From Eledone cirrhosa (Eukaryota), in NCBI GenBank assembly GCA_964016885.1, contig OZ024745.1, positions 9,114,001 to 9,178,000 on the forward strand: a DNA stretch of 64,000 nt. Direction: 5' to 3'. Positions 26,544 through 39,700 of this stretch are shown piece after piece. Under the pieces are notes generated by a model. It had not been told where the DNA came from. It did no database searches and saw only the letters and a list, made by a program, of their open reading frames with translations. Positions within the stretch are counted from its first letter, which is position 1. Each line of letters opens with the position of its first letter. The position numbers and the translations under genes are program-made.

Positions 26544-27748
26544 TCATCACCGTTTTACGTCCGTTCTTCCACGCTAGCATGGGTTAGACGGGTTGTCCTG
26601 TTGTGGGCAGTGTCTGGTCGGCTGACCATGCCTTGCTCATACAGGAACTGATCTGGCTTGATTTCTACAGCTGGATGCCCTTCCTAACACCAACCTCATT
26701 TACAGTGAGTGCTGGGTGCTTTTTCGTGGCGCCTACACGTCCACTTTACAGTGTGGGCTGGGTGCTTTTTTGCCGTGGCACCTCCACGACCACCTTGCGG
26801 TGGAGGGGGGGGGGGGGCATATTGTTTATATGCTTCAGCATGTACCCATGGGAGGTCGGGTACCCTGTATTACTGCGTGACGCCAGAAGTCACGGTCGTG
26901 TGTCATTGACTTTGAGAGGTGTAGTTGGGTAAGGTCGGCTTTTATCACCTCATCCCAAGTCATCTTGGGTCTCCCCACTCCGCGGTTTCCATCAACTTCT
27001 AGTGCTCTGCACCTTTTTATGCAGCTGTCATCCTTCATACGCATCACATGTCCATACCAGCGTAACCGCCTCTCCTGCACGCAGCATTTGATTCCTCTTA
27101 TGCTCAGTCTCTCTCTCAATTCCTTTATGCTTTGTCGTTCACGTATATTACTGTTACACATCCATCGGAGCATGCAGGCTTCGTTTCTCTCTAATCTACG
27201 TAAGTCTTCCACCTTCAGCGCCCAGGTCTCACTACCATGCAACATCGCTGTTCGGATACACGCATCATACAGTCTGCCTTTCATTCTGAGGGAGAAGCCT
27301 TTTGCAGCTAGCAGTGGTAGTAGTTCCCTAAACTTCTTCCATCCCGTTCTTACCCTAGTTATTGTACTTTCTGAGCACCCACTTCCGTTGCTAATTCGGT
27401 CACCTAGGTAGCAGAAGCTGTCTACTGTTTCTACAGGGCCCTCCCAGAGATTGGTGGTACTTGTTTCCTGTGGCTGTTTGCTTGCTGTTTCAGCACAGCT
27501 GCTGCATGTGAATCCTACATTCTTAATTAAGCTTCCTGAGATCCCGCTACATCTCTTGTGTACCCATTGTTTGCATTTGGGGCAGAGAATGGAGTTTCTA
27601 CCTACACCTTTCCTACATACTGAGCAAGGCCATTTCCCTGAGGGGATCTGGGTTCTGTTTTCTCGTCTACTTACAAGGACCTTAGTCTTTGTCATGTTGA
27701 CTTTGAGGCCCTTTCTCTCTAGTCCCTGCTTCCAGGTTTGGAATTTAT

Positions 27749-27750
<2 letters not shown>
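26541..27750 (-). mobile_element. 5'-truncated RTE-clade LINE (RT C-terminus, C4HC3 finger, 3' UTR, (GAT)n tail)
   Basis: ORF 26835-27695: [48 protein letters not shown]. Confidence 0.9.
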
Positions 27751-27788
<38 letters not shown>

Positions 27789-27800
27789 TATATATATATA

Positions 27801-27838
<38 letters not shown>

Positions 27839-27864
27839 TATATATATTATAATGAGACCTATTA

Positions 27865-28250
27865 AGTGGCAGTGGATTGGCAGTATCGGTAGAGGGTCGG
27901 ACGCCATGCTTTGACGCATAGAGTTACGGCCCATGCAATTCTGAGTTCAAATCCCTCCGAGGTTAACTTTGCCTTTCATCCTTACGGGGTCGATAAAATA
28001 AAGTACCAGTAATACACTGGGTAATTGCTGGCCTTGTGCCTAAAGTAGAAACAATTATTATTAAGTGGCAAAGTCATCAGAGCGTTGGAAAAATACTTTG
28101 CGGTATTTAGTTGTGTTCTGAGTTCAAATCCCGTCGAGCTAAACGTTATCTTACATCCTTCTGGGATCGATAAAATAAAGTACCAGTAAAGTACTGGGGT
28201 AAATATAATCCACTTTCTCCTGCTCACAATTTGCTGGCTTTCTGCCAATG
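27865..28250 (+). mobile_element. Two tandem family-A SINE copies
   Basis: B-boxes near 27943 and 28120, each followed by the shared central domain. Confidence 0.75.
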
Positions 28251-28739
28251 TTAAAAAGAGTCAATAATAAGCTCACTAAAAGAGATGTGGTGTGGTAAAA
28301 ACCTTAATACAATATATTACTTCATCCAACTGCATTACGAATTCAAACTCTGTTAAGTTTCGGGAGAAAAGAGTTCTGCCATATTCCGACAATCTATTCT
28401 ATCGACTATGGTGACATATGGCTTTTCATGGTTTTTTTTAAATCTCACGTTGATCATCCTTCTCCAGGCCTGAATACAGTAGGTTTCTTCCAGAGAAGGA
28501 GAGAGAGAGGGAGAGAGAAAGTATTAACCCCAGTACTAGACTTGTACTTTATTTTATCGACCTCGAAAGAATGAAAGGCAAGTTGGCCTCAGTGTGATTT
28601 TAACTCAGAGAGCAGACAGTATCTGTCATTAATGTTTTTACAAGAAGACCCACACACTCAATGATATACAAGAGGTGCTGAAGCAGCCCTCTAATAAATT
28701 GTTTAGGCAAGTTGACACACTCGCAGTATTGATGTAGGT

Positions 28740-29055
28740 CAGAGATTCTCAAAGTGGACGCTACCCAGGGAAGCGTTGAGAAGGTCCGGGGGGGGGGGGG
28801 GGAACTGTGGCTTAAGGGGTGGGTGAGGAGTATATTAAATATCAAATGATATATATTATATATAAATATAGTAAAATGAAAAATATCTAATATTTATTTA
28901 TACATAGTATATATTATATTATTTATTATATATAAATTAACGATTTTATTTATTATATAATTTTCGTATAGGCAGGTCTCTCTGGATATAGGAGTGATGA
29001 AGATATTACATGGCCGTGAGAGGGGACAGTGGCCCAAAAGTTTTGAGAACTTCTG
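28740..29055. mobile_element. hAT (Charlie-like) MITE, 316 bp
   Basis: TIRs CAGAGATTCTCAAA / TTTGAGAACTTCTG with a perfect 8-bp target site duplication ATGTAGGT (28732-28739, 29056-29063). Confidence 0.85.
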
Positions 29056-30486
29056 ATGTAGGTGATAGTGAGGCTAAGGCACTGGAATAACCAAGTACCT
29101 TCACGGGTATCATCAGTTTTGTTATACTATAGGTGCGCGCGAGCGTGATATAGATATCAGCAAGTTACCTCGTGGTCCCAACAGACAGAATGGAAAATTA
29201 CACCGGAGGATAGCGAGGGTGACACGTTGAAAACCATTCTAGCTGACAGGACTCACTCCTGTGGGTGGCTACCTTTGCTCCGTTAGCAGTAGGAAAGTGG
29301 TATAGGAACTAAGATCACCACTGCTTCAGGTTTAACGACAAACTTATTGGAAAACAGTCGATCATTTCCAACATATTTGTAACCTGTGCCACCGGGAGAG
29401 TTAAAACATAGTGAATGGGGTAAGGGGAACAACTGGCTCTGCTTTAAAAACCAATGATACTTGGGACAAAATCATTTGAAATATTTTTACAATGATTAAA
29501 AGCTATGTTTTGTGTGTGTCCAATTCTTCCATAAGGATGCTGGACAGTTCGATCAAAGAACCTATAATCTATTTAAGGTTCAACCTACCTCTATTTCTTT
29601 ACTAAGCTAAAATGGTGAAACTAATGTTCTAAGTATAATTCTGTGAGCCAACGAAGAAGCCTCTGCATGGTCTCTCGAACTGCTAAAAACAGCAGTTAAA
29701 ATTCCCTTTAAAAAAATGACATATTGAACAATATTTTTTTCCATTGTTTAGTCTGGAGTTGTACCAGTTGCCTTCGTGGGTCTTCAGTAAACATGAAGTT
29801 GATCTGGTTAATGTATTTGAACAAGCAGGGAAAAGCGGATGTAAAATGATGATGATGATGATGATGATTAATTGATGGCTGCACAATAAACATGGGCAGC
29901 AAGGGAATTCTATAGGAATGACAATCTGGGAACATAAGACTGGGCAGTGTGCTTAGTGCAATGCTTAGGGCTAGAGTGGATGATGAGAGGAGAGTCAGAT
30001 GGTCCTTAATAGAACAGGACAACCAGTTCCTTGGAACTGAGGCCACAGTAATAGCAGTGGTTAAATAGAGTGGTCAAATACAGCACACATTGGTAGACCA
30101 GACACTGGAGTTTGGGGGTAAAATACAGCACACATCGGTAGACCAGATGCTGATGTTTGGTGGTGAGCAACTTCATGTCAAACAGTTGGGTGGCCATTAG
30201 TGGAGGGGATACAGTCTAAGATGCCTGGATAGCAGCAACACCATACCAGATGTGAGAGTAGTGTTCCATTGTGAGTTTTCTACAAGATAGTCCAACATGA
30301 AAAAGAGGAGATAATCATAACTAGAATGTGTTTCATCAGATGTATGTCCCTCGACCAGAGCTGACATGGAGCTAAATAAACTTATAATTCTGTTTGCCTC
30401 AGTTTGCTTGGTTGACACACAGGTTCCACTCAAGCTTCACAATTGTGTAATTAGCAATACACAAGTAGCCATCTTGCACGAAAAAC

Positions 30487-30895
30487 TATCATCATCATTA
30501 CTGTTTAACCACTATTTTCTATGTTAGCATGTCATGTCATGAAGCCAGGCAGGTCAGGTGCCCACATCTTGCTCATACATTCCGTTTTTGGTTGGTTTTC
30601 TATGGCTGGATGCCCTTCCTAATACCAACCTCTTTACAAGGAGGACTGTGTGCATTTTGTTGTGGCACCAATATACCCATACTACAGGGTGGTCTAGGTG
30701 CTTTTTGTTGTGGCACCAGTATGACAACCACATAGGGTGGACTGGATGCATTTTGTTGTAGCACCAGTACTGCCATATTACAGGGTGGATTAGTTGTTTG
30801 TTGTTGTGGCACAAGCACTACCACATTACAGGGTGAACTGGTGCTTTTTATCATGGCACCAGTACGATGACCTTACAGGGTGGACTGAGTGTCTT
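30487..30895 (-). mobile_element. Old RTE-3'UTR-related repeat with about 42-bp internal tandem units
   Basis: GGATGCCCTTCCTAA..CCAAC motif, then repeated TACAGGGTGGAC..GGTGC...GTGGCACCAG units. Relatives near 34960, 35910, 37890, 55480 and 58050. Confidence 0.6.
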
Positions 30896-32057
30896 TTAAA
30901 ATATGTGAATATCAAAATATACAAAAAAATAACAGCTTTCTCATACTTGCATGAATAATTGAATATAACAAGATATTAAAATTTAAAATAGAATAAAATC
31001 TACAAGAAATAAACAGAAACACATAAACATAACATTTATTACTTTGATAGGTTTCAGCCAATATTGACCCAGGCCATGTCTAACTTAATATCACAACATG
31101 GATAACATTTTATAGAAATCTACTTATATTAAAACATTAACTTTCTCCTTGACTAGTATTTCATACACAAATGACAAAATGAGTTTATTTATATAACAAA
31201 ATAGCGTCGCATTTTCTCAAATAAGGTGGGAAAATACTTGTGGTATATATAATGGATTCTTGAGTTAATGCAATAGTATCTATATGATCAACCTGCAGAA
31301 ATAACAGCCAAATTTTCTCAAATCACACCCTACTATGTTAAAAAATGAAGGACATTGATGGTCAAGACAGGACCGCTTTTGATCATGTTTGCTCAATTAG
31401 GCCTGACCTAGGACTAAAAACAATGCATGGGTTCTTTCTGTATATATAACAAGAACGTTTTTCATAGAATATATAACAAAACATTTTCAGATGGATCTAT
31501 TAACAACATAATATAAATCTTAAGTGTGTGTGTGTAGGGGGGGGTACCAACTATTTCCTTACAAAATGGCTTCTCTTAAAATGGTAAAACATTGTTTTTA
31601 TGAAGAACAAACCACCAAGAAATTGGTAATTTGACCCAGTGTGGTTGTGGTATGGACAAAACTTTATACTTTAAAGATAAAACTATACAAATCAAAGATA
31701 AATTTTAAAGACATAAATATACAAGTTAGAAATATAACCAAATTTACCAATGATAAGAACTTTTATGATATTGAGTTATTAGATGTCAATAAGAATAAAC
31801 TTAGATATCAATATGATTAAATCCTACATATTTTTAGTGTAGAGAGATTACTACATGTTACTAGAAGTATTTACAAGTGTGTCCTACCTATTTTTAGTGT
31901 AGAGAGATTTCTACATGTAACTAGAAGTATTTACAAGTGTGGTGTCTGGGGCAGAACCCAGTCAGACTAGAAAATATCTTAACAGTACAGAAAAATAAAA
32001 TGGATTTTCTAGTTTCATATTTTTTCTAGTACAAAACTACCAACAAATTGATTTAGA

Positions 32058-32391
32058 AATAACAGTTGGTATTACCATCTTTTAGGAATAACAGTTGGTA
32101 TTAACATCTTTGAGGAATAATAACTGGTATTACCATCTTTGAGGAATAATAACTGGTATTACCATCTTTGAGGAATAAAAACTGGTATTACCATATTTGA
32201 GGAATAACTGGTATTACCATATTTGAGGAATAACTGGTATTACCATATTTGAGGAATAATAACTGGTATTACCATATTTGAGGAATAAAAACTGGTATTA
32301 CCATATTTGAGGAATAACTGGTATTACCATATTTGAGGAATAACTGGTATTACCATATTTGAGGAATAATAACTGGTATTACCATATTTGA
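32058..32391. repeat. 26-29-bp minisatellite, about 12 units
   Basis: Unit GAGGAATAA(TAA)CTGGTATTACCATATTT. Confidence 0.95.
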
Positions 32392-33488
32392 AACTTAACT
32401 GTGTTCACTTGAGATTACAAGAAATGAAACAAAAAGATGTTGCTATTGTTGACATTGTTTCTTCATCAATTAAAATAGAGAAGTTTGTAAATGACGGAAG
32501 ACAGAAAATAAATAGAAATGGATAAAACTTTCTCATGAGATAAAACATAATGAATTGTTTAACATAAGAAGCTTGTATATTTACAGTGGATATGGGTGGG
32601 AATGTGTGGGTATATATTTGTCTGAGGCATTGTGTATATTTAGTGGATATGGGTGGGTATGGGTGGATATATATTTGTCTGAAGCATTGTGTGTATATAT
32701 ACAACTGTGTAATGATATATATATAAATGAGGATGTTATTTATATACAAGTATTTATAAGAGTGAATCTATTCTTCAAAACATATGGAGATATTTAGTTT
32801 GAGTTAGGTAATACATCACACCAGGTAGAACTGTCAGGTAATACATTACACCAGGTAGAACTGCTAGATATTGCATGGCCCCAGGTTGAGCTGCTACATC
32901 TCCGGTACTGGACAGATTTTATGGGCAATGCCAACTGGCAGGAGACCCAGATGACATGAGCAAAAGATTGTTGGATAACATCCATAAGCTTGGTGGGTCT
33001 CACTTGGAGATCCAGCTGGTTCATGTGGTGGTGATAAGACTCTCTAGGTCTGTCGGAGGGCTCTTCCCCTCACAACTCACTCAGCATTAAGTGGACAAAT
33101 GAGAAGAGTTAGGTATCTCTCACATATATCTTTCTTTTTGATATTTTAAAATAGACATAAGCGTGTATGTGTGTGTGTGTGTTTACGCTTCCGGAGCAAA
33201 AGCTTGATATAAACAAAACTTACATGAGAGAGACATTAACACTTATAAGAATGCCACAGTTGACTGTTGCAGAATAGCCCCAGCTCCAGATACAGCTACA
33301 GTAGAAGTGTTCTAAGCAGGTTACCCCATCAAATATTGTCTCAAACAAGACCAAATAAGTCAACCCTAACCCTAACCCTACAGTAAGCCAGATAGCAACT
33401 ATGGGATATTGTTCCCACTGGCATGACTGAATACAGGAGAAGGGAAGGAAAGGGGGATGAGGAGAGAAGTTGTAATTCTTACAGTTGG

Positions 33489-33774
33489 CTAGGTATTTCT
33501 AAGAGCAACAATATCTTTTATCTGCTGGTCAAGCTCAGCTATTATTTTGTCCTGAGATGTGTAGACCCCTGTCCGAAGTAAAATATCTCTCTCTTCAATT
33601 AGTCTGGCAACGTGTTCATCAAGACTGGCATTGTTATGACTGGGATATAAGTGGGCTTTCTCTACCATTTGGTTTTGTATCACCTCAGATGAATGTCGAT
33701 CATCTGACACTCGCTGTTGTTGTTGTTGTGGCTGTTGCTGCTGCTGTTGTTTTTGTTCTTCAGCCAAACGTATT
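33489..33774 (-). CDS. CEP120: CEP120 last coding exon (stop TAG at 33489-33491)
   Basis: [11 protein letters not shown]...[38 protein letters not shown]; acceptor ctctag. Confidence 0.95.
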
Positions 33775-36700
33775 CTAGAGAAAATAAAAATTACAGATTT
33801 AATTTGACAACAAAAAGATTAACCAACTACTAATATAGATGAAAATAATTTTACTATTTGATGGATTTATTTATTTTAAGTCAACTATGAAAGTCTTAGT
33901 CCTCTATATAATTTCATTGACATCTGAAGAGAAAGGTCAAAAAAGGACAGAGAGGTCAGGAATGGACAGAGAGGTCAGGAAAGGACAGAGAGATCAAGAA
34001 AGGATAGAGAACATAATATATATATGATCCTGTGCACTATCGAGTACATTTTAACATAACACAAGCACTAGAGAGGTTGTCATGTCTTTGATATAGCTGA
34101 AGAGTCCTCCCAAACCTTTATTTGGCAGGTCATCTACAGCTAAATGCCCTTCCTATCACCAAAATAAAACAACGATTGCATCTCAACTGATATTATTAGA
34201 ATGTCAGACGAAATGCCTTGTGGTACTTGTTCAAACTATTCACACTACATTCAAATCTTGCTATGGTCAACCTTGCCCTTCATCCTTCTGGGTGGGGGTT
34301 AATAAAATAAAGTACCAATCAAGCACTGGGGGGGTCAATATAATCAACTGTTTTCTTCCCCAAAATGTCTGGCCTTGTCTATATGTAAAATATTTAAATA
34401 AAAGTAATAAAACTAACTTATTTAACTCATTCTTGATCACTTCTAGTTCTAGTTTATCATTCTTTAGACTCTCTTTCTCCTCGTTAGCTAAATATCGTAA
34501 CTTTATTTGCTCCAGTTCTTCCTGCTGTTTTTTAAGCTGGGCTTTGGCAGTGTATTGTTCCTGGTGTTTGAGGCGAGCAACTTCTTTTAAGGCGCGGCCC
34601 CATTGCTGTTTGTAGTGCATTTTTGATTTCAATGCATTATTGAGTTTTTTCTCCAACTCCACCTGGAAAAGAAAATATATTTAAATAGTTTAAAAATGGA
34701 AATGTAATAGAGATAAAAGGTATTAGTTATTACACTACTGGCCTCTTAGTCATAAATAAATACACTTGACAAAGAATACAGTTCTGCTTACTTTGATTTC
34801 CTCAACTGACAACAGATTCAACACCTTCTTCACAGTTAAGTAATTTAAAGTCAAAACAGTATCCTAAAGTTTTCAAAAACTATTTCATCAATGTGTGAAT
34901 GTTATAGAGTGATGTCAAACTCTAAATGTACAGCGTCTGCAAAACAAATTTAATTCTCACCTTGTAAAATGGTAGTACTGTTGCCATGACAAAAAGCCCT
35001 GTCAACCTTATATGGTGGTAGTACTGGTGCCATGACAAACCAGTCCACCCTGTAAGGTGATTGTACTGATGCCACAATAAAAAGTCCCCAGTCCAACCTA
35101 AAAGGTGGTTGGCATTTGAAAGGGCATCTAGCCTTAGAAAACCAAGCCAAAAACAGTATGTATGAGCAAGACATGATCACCTGACCAGTCTAGCCACATA
35201 ATGTGACAACCTATCTAATCCATGCAAACATGGAAAATAGATGGTCAACAGTGATGATGACAATCATGGTGATATTAAATCTGTTCACTTCATATATTCT
35301 TCACATCTGGGATTTCCTAATGTCGTCATTAGTCAAAAATAAACTCTGCCAGTCTAACTTATCTTCAATTATACTACATGAAAACAAGATATTTGGTGGT
35401 GAAGCAATTACACTATTAGGATTTAGAACAAAAATATTGTAATTTCATACTTACAAAATTGGAAAATAATATAATTAATGTATGAAGCTGAATTTTCAGC
35501 TATTTGAAGCACTGAGAATATGTATATATATAAGAAGAAGATATATATATAAATATAAAAATGTGCTCAAGTGTTGAAATGCTATAAAGATACCTTATAA
35601 AATAGGGTGAAGACCCTTAAAAGACAGAAAAAAAAGCTACCATCAGCCACTATGAGGAATTGAACTCCATATCTTCCAGATACCAGCTATGGCAACTTCT
35701 TTTCCTATCTTTTAAGGGTCTTCACCCTATTTAATAAGCTATCTTTATAGCATTTCTGCATTTGAGCACTTCCTTTATACTTATATATATATACATAAAT
35801 ATAAATGTTGGTTGTGGTGGTGGTCACATGATGTGAAATTCTTAACCACATAACCATGTCAGTGCATTTTGTAAAATATTAATAAAATAGAAATTACACT
35901 GCCGCCACTGTCGCTTAATGTCCATTTTGCATGCTAGCATGGGTTAGATGACTTGTCCCATTGTGAGACAAGTCAGATCAGATGACCGTGTCATGCTCAT
36001 GCAGAACTGTTTCTGGCTTGGTTTCTATGGCCTTGCTAAGACCAACCATATTTACAGCATGAATTGGGTACTTTTTCATCATGTCACCAGCATCACCACC
36101 TGTTTATAATCCGTCACTGCAAACTGTGATTGTATCAAAACTTACTTTTTCAACTGTTAAAATGTTGATCTCTGACTGTAGTCGAACCTCAGGTTTACCG
36201 TTCTCCTGTTCTTTGTAAATGCTGAATTCTTTACTCAGTGCTGAATACCTCTTCTCGGCTTCTAATAACTTTAAAAGAAACAAAAGCCAGTCAACAACTT
36301 TTGGGTGAAATATCCAAAATAAAGAAGTTACAGCTAGTCCAGCTAAGTCAATGTGATATCAGCCTAGAAACTAAAGAATCAATAATTTATTACCAACCAG
36401 TGGCACTGTGTTACACAAATGAAATATATATAGAGATATATATTCTTAATGATCCAGTCCACCTGAGAAGATACAGCTTTAAGTAGCTAGCAATATTTTC
36501 TCATGTTTTAGTTTTGAGTTCAAATCTATGTACAAAGCATTCAATAGACATATATCTTAACCAAGAAAAAATTCTTTCAATCACTTAGTAACTTCAATGA
36601 TCTGCAAAAGTACTGAATTTGATTATCTAGTTGAACAGGTAAACAGTTGATTTAACTTATTCCTGTTGATACCAAACTGTCTGAAACTGTCCCTGGTTCT

Positions 36701-39700
36701 ATGATACAAAACTGTTTTGTTTTAAGGTGCTTATATTTATCTAAAAAAAGTCTCATAATTTTAGGTAAGAACCTTTGTTAATTTTTTTTTTTTTCCCGTA
36801 TGCCAGTTTTTATTCAAAAGCAAATCTTATTTAGTAAGAAAAAAAAAGGGGTGGGGGGGACAAAAGGAAAGAAAATGTAGGGAAATATAGAAAAAAAAAA
36901 GTGAGAGAAAAAGAAGGGAACAGGATAGGGAGGGGATGGCAAGAGCTCTGGTGTCGCAGAAGAGAGGGGGTAGGGTGATTTGTTAAATTAAGTTCCAAAC
37001 ACCAACTTAATAATGGTTTCTGATTTAGGAACAAGGCCAACAATTTGGGGGAGGGGTAAGTCGATTGACCCCAGTGTGTTACTGGTAGTTCATTTTATCA
37101 ACCACTTAAGGATAAAAAGTAAATCTAACCTCGGTGGGATTTGAATTCTGCCAATTCTACTGCCAATCCCCCACTATAAACACTAACTTAATAATGAGAA
37201 AGTTAGTAATATAACTAAATCTCTTCAAATTCTTGATTATTTAAAAAATCATAGGAAGTGTCTTTCATTAGAAATAGAATAACAATAGGGTTAATGACAT
37301 AGACAGTGTCTTTCATTAGAAATATGGTAATGAAAGGGTTAATGACATAGACAGTGTCTTTCATTAGAAATATGGTAATGAAAGGGTCAATGACATAAAC
37401 AGTGTCTTTCATTAGAAATATGTTATTGGTAGGGTTAATGACATAGACAGTGTCTTTCATTAGAAATATGGTAATGGAAGGGTTAATCATAACAAATCAT
37501 CATCACTATCATCAAGATAATTATCAATAATTTTATATCTATTTTACTGACATTGTTGAAATCAGTGTTACTAAATAGACAACATGAATAAATATATGCA
37601 ACATGATTCAATGTACACTAGTAAATAACTAATAAACACAGGTAAGATTCATATCATGTAATAAGTACTAAACCAACAAGAAGAGATTAAAAAGAAAATA
37701 ACATTAAAAAATGAAATTAAAATAAATTTCTAAAAATGATAACTTTACCTCTTGTTTGTATTTGGAGACCAAACCTTCATATTCTGATGCCTTCACTCTA
37801 AATATATGAAAAGATGAGATTTATATGTAATATTTGTGAGGGAATCCAGACAATATACTACTAGTGCTTCCTCCTCTCTATCACCACTATTTCATGTTTA
37901 TTTTCCATGCTTGCATGGGTTAGATGGGTTGTCACATTATGTGACTTGACCAGTCAGGAGATCATATCTTGCTCATATGATCTATTTTGGGCCTGGTCTC
38001 TACAGCTCAATGCCCTTCCTAATACCAACCACTTTACAGTATGGACTGGAAGCATATTCCAACAATACAACCTTATAAGATGGACTGGGTGCTTTTTGTC
38101 ATGGCACCACTTGTATCACCTTACAGGGTGGACTAGGTGCTTTTTGTAATGGCACCTGTACTATATCACCTTACAAGGTGGACTGGGTGTCTTTTGTTGT
38201 GGTACCAGCACTATCACTCTCATAAATAAAATATCTGGAACTATGGTTTCAGGCTAATCATCATCATAATTTTTTCATTCCAACTTTTCCATGTTAGGAC
38301 GTCTTGAGACAATGTTTACACCTGAATGCCCTTTCTGACACCCTTCCAGTCACTACTTATACTGTGATAGAGTGTACCTATTCTAAACCAGGTACACCCA
38401 GTGTAAATGTAATAGTTATTTCTATGTTTCTACAAGTATTAAGTTAGTTAATTCTGAAAATATTGAGTTTTTATAGAAATCATTAATGAAGAAACATAAA
38501 ATACTAAAAATAATAAAGAACCTTTCAAGTTGGATGCGATGTTCACAGTCGTCTAGGAGTCTTTGAGAAGCTTCCTTCATTTCAGCTAATCTACGCTCAT
38601 GATCTCGAGTCTGATCATTTCGCAGCTGAACCACCTGAAATATAATATATTAATTCTTTCTTGACTCTATTTCAGTTAATTAATGAAGAATTTTGAGTGA
38701 TTTACTAAAATCATTAATTATTCAATTACTAAAATACTAACTTAACATATAGTTCTGATATAAAATATATAGTTCTTCTATAGAATATATAGTTGTTATA
38801 TAGAATATATAGTTGTTATATAGAATATATAGTTCTGATATAGAATATATAGTTCTGATATAGAATATATAGTTCTGATATAGAATATATAGTTGTTATA
38901 TCGAATATATAGTTGTTATATCGAATATATAGTTCTTATATAGAATATATAGTTCTTATATAGAATTATGTTAGAAGATTTTAATTTATATGTTGAATTG
39001 CCATTGTTTCAAATGACGAATGCTCCGGTTGAATTAACAGAACTGTCTGCTCATCAAATTAATGAGTGTAAGTGGCTGAGCATTCCACAGACACATGCAC
39101 TCTAAAAGTAGTTGTTAGGGAGATTCAGTGTTACACAATGTATGACAAGACTCTTTGAATTATAAATACAACTAATTTTTGCTGAGTGGACTGAAGCAAC
39201 ATCAAATAGTTTGTCTTGCTCAAGGACACTATACACTGCCCAGTTTGAGAATCAAACTCACCACCTTACTATCATGAGTGCAGCATCCTAACAAGTACAC
39301 CACAAGCCTTCACAAATTCATATAGAAAATTTGATTTTGTTTCATAGAACCAGAGCCAGTTATAGGGGGTTAGGTTGGTATCAAAAAGGGTTAATAGTTG
39401 AATTATTTGGAACACATTAAGCTGTTAAACTCCCGCTAATTATCCCTAATAAAGATAAAATATCCAGAGTTATCTTCCATACTTGCTGATGAAAAAATAT
39501 ATATTTCAAACTGTCTGAAACTGCCCCTGGTTCTACGATAAAAAGTTGTTTGTTTTAAAGTATTTATATTTAAACCTCCCATTATAATTTTATGTCAGAA
39601 ACTTTTGGTAGGTTATTTTGCAAACTTAATAATGATTTCTAATTTAAGGCCAGCAATTTTGTGGGAGGGGAAAATCAATTATATCGACTCCTGTTCTTTA

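Noticed and set aside
23648-27750. One RTE element split by the Helitron pair
   Set aside because: On the minus strand the tail-bearing 3' piece lies upstream of the more 5' RT piece, which is the wrong order. They are two independent fragments.
30325-30345. CTGATGAAAC on the minus strand as a hammerhead (also similar TTGATGAAGAAACAATGTC near 32450)
   Set aside because: No stem II and no convincing stem I; such short matches are expected by chance.
33362-33380. Interstitial telomeric repeat (TTAGGG)3 on the minus strand
   Set aside because: Only three units; too short to imply a telomere-related event.
37215-37490. 91-aa ORF with a 16-aa repeat on the CEP120 strand
   Set aside because: It is the translation of the 48-bp minisatellite, and the flanking CEP120 exons join in frame without it.
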